Shown: positions 62,003 through 64,000 of the stretch, in pieces | Layout: the number at the start of each line of letters is the position of its first letter | How positions within the stretch are numbered: position 1 is the first letter of the stretch | From: Candidatus Moraniibacteriota bacterium | Lineage (GTDB): Bacteria; Patescibacteriota; Minisyncoccia; Moranbacterales; UBA1568 | Assembly (NCBI GenBank): GCA_963778555.1 | Contig: CAVZUR010000004.1 | Span: forward strand, 244,151 to 308,150 | DNA length: 64,000 nucleotides | Reading direction: 5' to 3' | Notes under the pieces: generated by a model | Seen by the model: only the letters and a program-made list of their open reading frames with translations | The model's database searches: none | What the model was told of the DNA's origin: nothing | Made by a program: the position numbers and the translations under genes

Positions 62003-62125
62003 GTATCTGGGATGGGACTCGAACCCACATAGCTTGCGCCACCTCTTTAGAGAACTTCCAATGCTTGGAAACTCTGGTAAAAAGGCATGTCTACCATTCC
62101 ATCACCCAGATGTACTTACGGGCAT
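62003..62125 (-). tRNA. tRNA-like element with type-II tRNA features (D-loop GGAATGGTAGAC, T-arm GTGGGTTCGAGTCCCAT, GNRA variable arm) but an aberrant 34-nt anticodon loop. It could be an intron-containing tRNA or a pseudo-tRNA.
   Basis: The minus strand reads ATCTGGG-TG-ATG-GAATGGTAGA-CAT-G-CCTTT-[TTACCAGAGTTTCCAAGCATTGGAAGTTCTCTAA]-AGAGG-TGGCGCAAGCTA-TGTGGG-TTCGAGT-CCCAT-CCCAGAT-A. The acceptor stem ATCTGGG/CCCAGAT is perfect. Confidence 0.3.
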
Positions 62126-62172
62126 TATATACCCCGTAAGGCACTCGGGTAATCCGATATGAAATACTCAGT

Positions 62173-62260
62173 GCGGAGAGGGAGGGATTCGAACCCTCGA
62201 GGGAGTTTAATCCCCGCCACGTTAGCAGTGTGGTGCCTTAAGCCGCTCGGCCACCTCTCC
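62173..62260 (-). tRNA. tRNA-Ser (anticodon GCU)
   Basis: The minus strand reads GGAGAGG-TG-GCC-GAGCGGCTTAA-GGC-A-CCACA-CTGCTAA-CGTGG-long variable arm-GAGGG-TTCGAAT-CCCTC-CCTCTCC-G. The acceptor and T stems are perfect, the variable arm is long, and the anticodon loop is CT-GCT-AA. Confidence 0.8.
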
Positions 62261-62379
62261 AAAACTACGCTTTACCCTAGCATACCCCAGTGGGCGTCTC
62301 AAGCCCAGAAAGTTTGGAAAAGAAAAGGGCTCCGCGTGGTGTTACCATACGAAGCCCGGGCGATGTCGCCTGAAAAGAC

Positions 62380-63590
62380 CTAGTGCTTGAGCTGCACATC
62401 CGTCACAGCGGGTGCCGTGACTCGTCGTGAGCCGCAGATCTGGTTGGGGTTGTCTTTCTTGACCCAGACCACTTTGCCATTCACCGTCTTCGGACACGAG
62501 TCGGGCCGACGCGGAGTGATGGGCCCATCGAAGATCACCTCGCCGGTCACGAACGGCGCCTTGGCTATTTCCAACGCCGGTGGCGTCTGAACGACAGCCG
62601 CCGCTGGAGGGGCTGGCGTGGCCGGAGTGGTGGTGGTGGCGGAGCCGTATCTGCAACCTTTTTCGCGTACTCGCACGGTATCGCGACGACGCCGATGCTC
62701 GCATGCGAGGCGTTGGCCGAGAGACTCGTACCAACTCCGTTCATGCTGCCACCGGAATGGTTCAGCGAACCGCCACCCGCGCCGCCCTGGCCGCTGCTCG
62801 TTGCGACCATATAGAGCTGATGGCCCCAGGCAATCACAATCCGCTGCCAGATGGGTTCGCCGAGATTCAAGGTTTCCGTACGAAACGCCATCGCCTCACG
62901 GCCATCGAGCTTGCCGTGCATGGTTTCGAGCGGTTCGCGGCTATGCCCCGATCCCCAGACGTACGGCACAAAGAAGGCATTGTCGTACGGCTTCACTTTC
63001 CACTGCGGACCGCACTCGCCCATTTTCCGCAACTCACTTCCCGCTGCCGTCAGGGTAGGAGGAAGCGGTGCGACCTGGACCGGCACAAACGTCAGCTGCC
63101 GGCTGTTGTCCGCGATGGACACCGGCGAACCATTGCCATTGGCCTGCGCTTGCGACGCATTGTCATTGGTGTTATTGCCGGTGGTCAGCACAGCGTCGAG
63201 CACGGATTTTGCCGATGGATCGCTTTTGAAGGCGATCTTTTGGTCAGCCGAGAGCCTGCTCCAATTGTCATTCACGACTTGGATGTCGTTTTGCGACAAT
63301 CCGCCGGCACCGCCTTGGCCGCCCGTGGCTTTGGCCAGCGCGCCAGCGATGGCTTGTTGCGCTTGCTCTTGGGCTTGTCGCTGGGCCTGCTCTTGGGCTG
63401 GTGTCAGCGTCACCGTCGTCATACTCGGTGGCGGCGGAGCGGGTACCGGACTCGGAGCCGGTTGGCCACACCGATGGCCGCAATCGGGCTTCTTTCCTTT
63501 TTCATCGTCTTTGGCCGAGACTCCAATTGAAACTAGGGCAAAAAACAGGGCCGCGAGGGACGCGGGGTACAGATATTTCTGCGTGTGCAT
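62380..63590 (-). CDS. Secreted hypothetical protein (signal peptide, then Pro/Ala/Gln-rich low-complexity region, then globular domain), frameshifted near 62640
   Basis: MHTQKYLYPASLAALFFALVSIGVSAKDDEKGKK...PAPSPVPAPPPPSM...AQEQAQRQAQEQAQQA...GECGPQWKVKPYDNAFFVPYVWGSGHSREPLETMHG.... The C-terminus continues in ORF 62380..62676. Confidence 0.45.
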
Positions 63591-63846
63591 GGTTCGTCCT
63601 TTCGAGACGCTGATTGATAAAGGGCAAATTCCCACGAGGCATTGGCCCCGGTCATGAGACGGATTGCTCCATGGTATGACCCCATACGCTATCAGTATTT
63701 CTCGTTTTTGTCAATAGATAACCCGCCTTGTTAAAAGATTTTCACGGAAGGTCAATAAAAACCTGGGGAAAGCCATAACCTGCGGTTTTCGACAGATTTC
63801 CCCCTTTCCCTTAAACTAGATAGATAGTTAATTCATTTCTCCCGAC

Positions 63847-64000
63847 TATGGACAATCATGTCACCCCAGTTGTTCCTGAACCGACCGTTCCCGCACCGAC
63901 GCCGAAGAAAAAGATATCCTTCCCAAAAATCACACTCAGTAATCGGACCCTGTTGCTGTCGTTTGTCGCCATTGCCATTCTCGGGAGTGCCTATGGCTAT
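63847..64000 (+). CDS. 5' end of a membrane-anchored protein (continues beyond the window)
   Basis: MDNHVTPVVPEPTVPAPTPKKKISFPKITLSNRTLLLSFVAIAILGSAYGY is open to the window end. Confidence 0.3.

Noticed and set aside
62580-63657. 316-aa and 268-aa plus-strand ORFs opposite the secreted-protein gene
   Set aside because: The minus-strand frame has a signal peptide and sensible domain structure. The plus-strand peptides are Arg-rich and un-protein-like.

Overview
This is a GC-rich bacterial chromosomal segment (GC content judged by eye, not computed). It is almost entirely coding, and most genes are on the minus strand. Many conserved and essential genes (rplJ, rplL, smc, rnc, nusB, dnaE, ligA, comFC, and a GT2 gene) carry single-base frameshifts. 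This pattern points to an indel-prone assembly rather than widespread gene decay, so every 'pseudogene' call here is provisional. From left to right the window contains the following. (1) A six-gene membrane complex related to complex I and group-4 [NiFe]-hydrogenases (1-6894, minus strand), with NuoCD/HycE-like, NuoN-like, NuoK/HyfE-like, NuoH/HyfC-like, NuoL/HyfB-like and NuoB/HycG-like subunits. The NuoB-like subunit has lost all four [4Fe-4S] cysteines, and the large subunit has Ser in place of the N-terminal NiFe-ligating CxxC, so it is Ehr-like, not a hydrogenase. (2) A DedA protein and a long CPA1 Na+/H+ antiporter. (3) rplJ, rplL, a short SMC, rnc, nusB, rpmF and rnhB. (4) An approximately 0.5 kb GC-rich non-coding stretch with extensive self-complementarity, which is a candidate structured RNA. 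(5) dnaE and miaA. (6) gatB and a nucleotide block of dcd, a long thyX-like gene, a P-loop kinase, tmk and dut. (7) secE, nusG, rplK, an acidic small ORF and rplA. (8) A processive GT2 synthase, a pair of small Zn-ribbon and acidic proteins, gatC, gatA and ligA. (9) An approximately 13 kb type IV pilus locus. It has pilM, pilN, pilO, pilB, pilT and pilC, five tandem paralogous major-pilin genes with identical approximately 100-bp 5' ends and variable middles, one more pilin on the plus strand, pilD, and three minor pilins. No secretin is present in the window. (10) A VirB2/TrbC-like small protein, clpC, comFC, an SGNH hydrolase and a PAP2 phosphatase. (11) An AT-rich island of about 5 kb (approximately 56.8-62.0 kb) that carries a serine-recombinase remnant and decayed N6- and C5-methyltransferase genes. 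It is bounded by tRNA-Ser(GCU) and an aberrant tRNA-like element. (12) A secreted protein rich in Pro, Gln and Ala. No CRISPR array or rRNA was seen.
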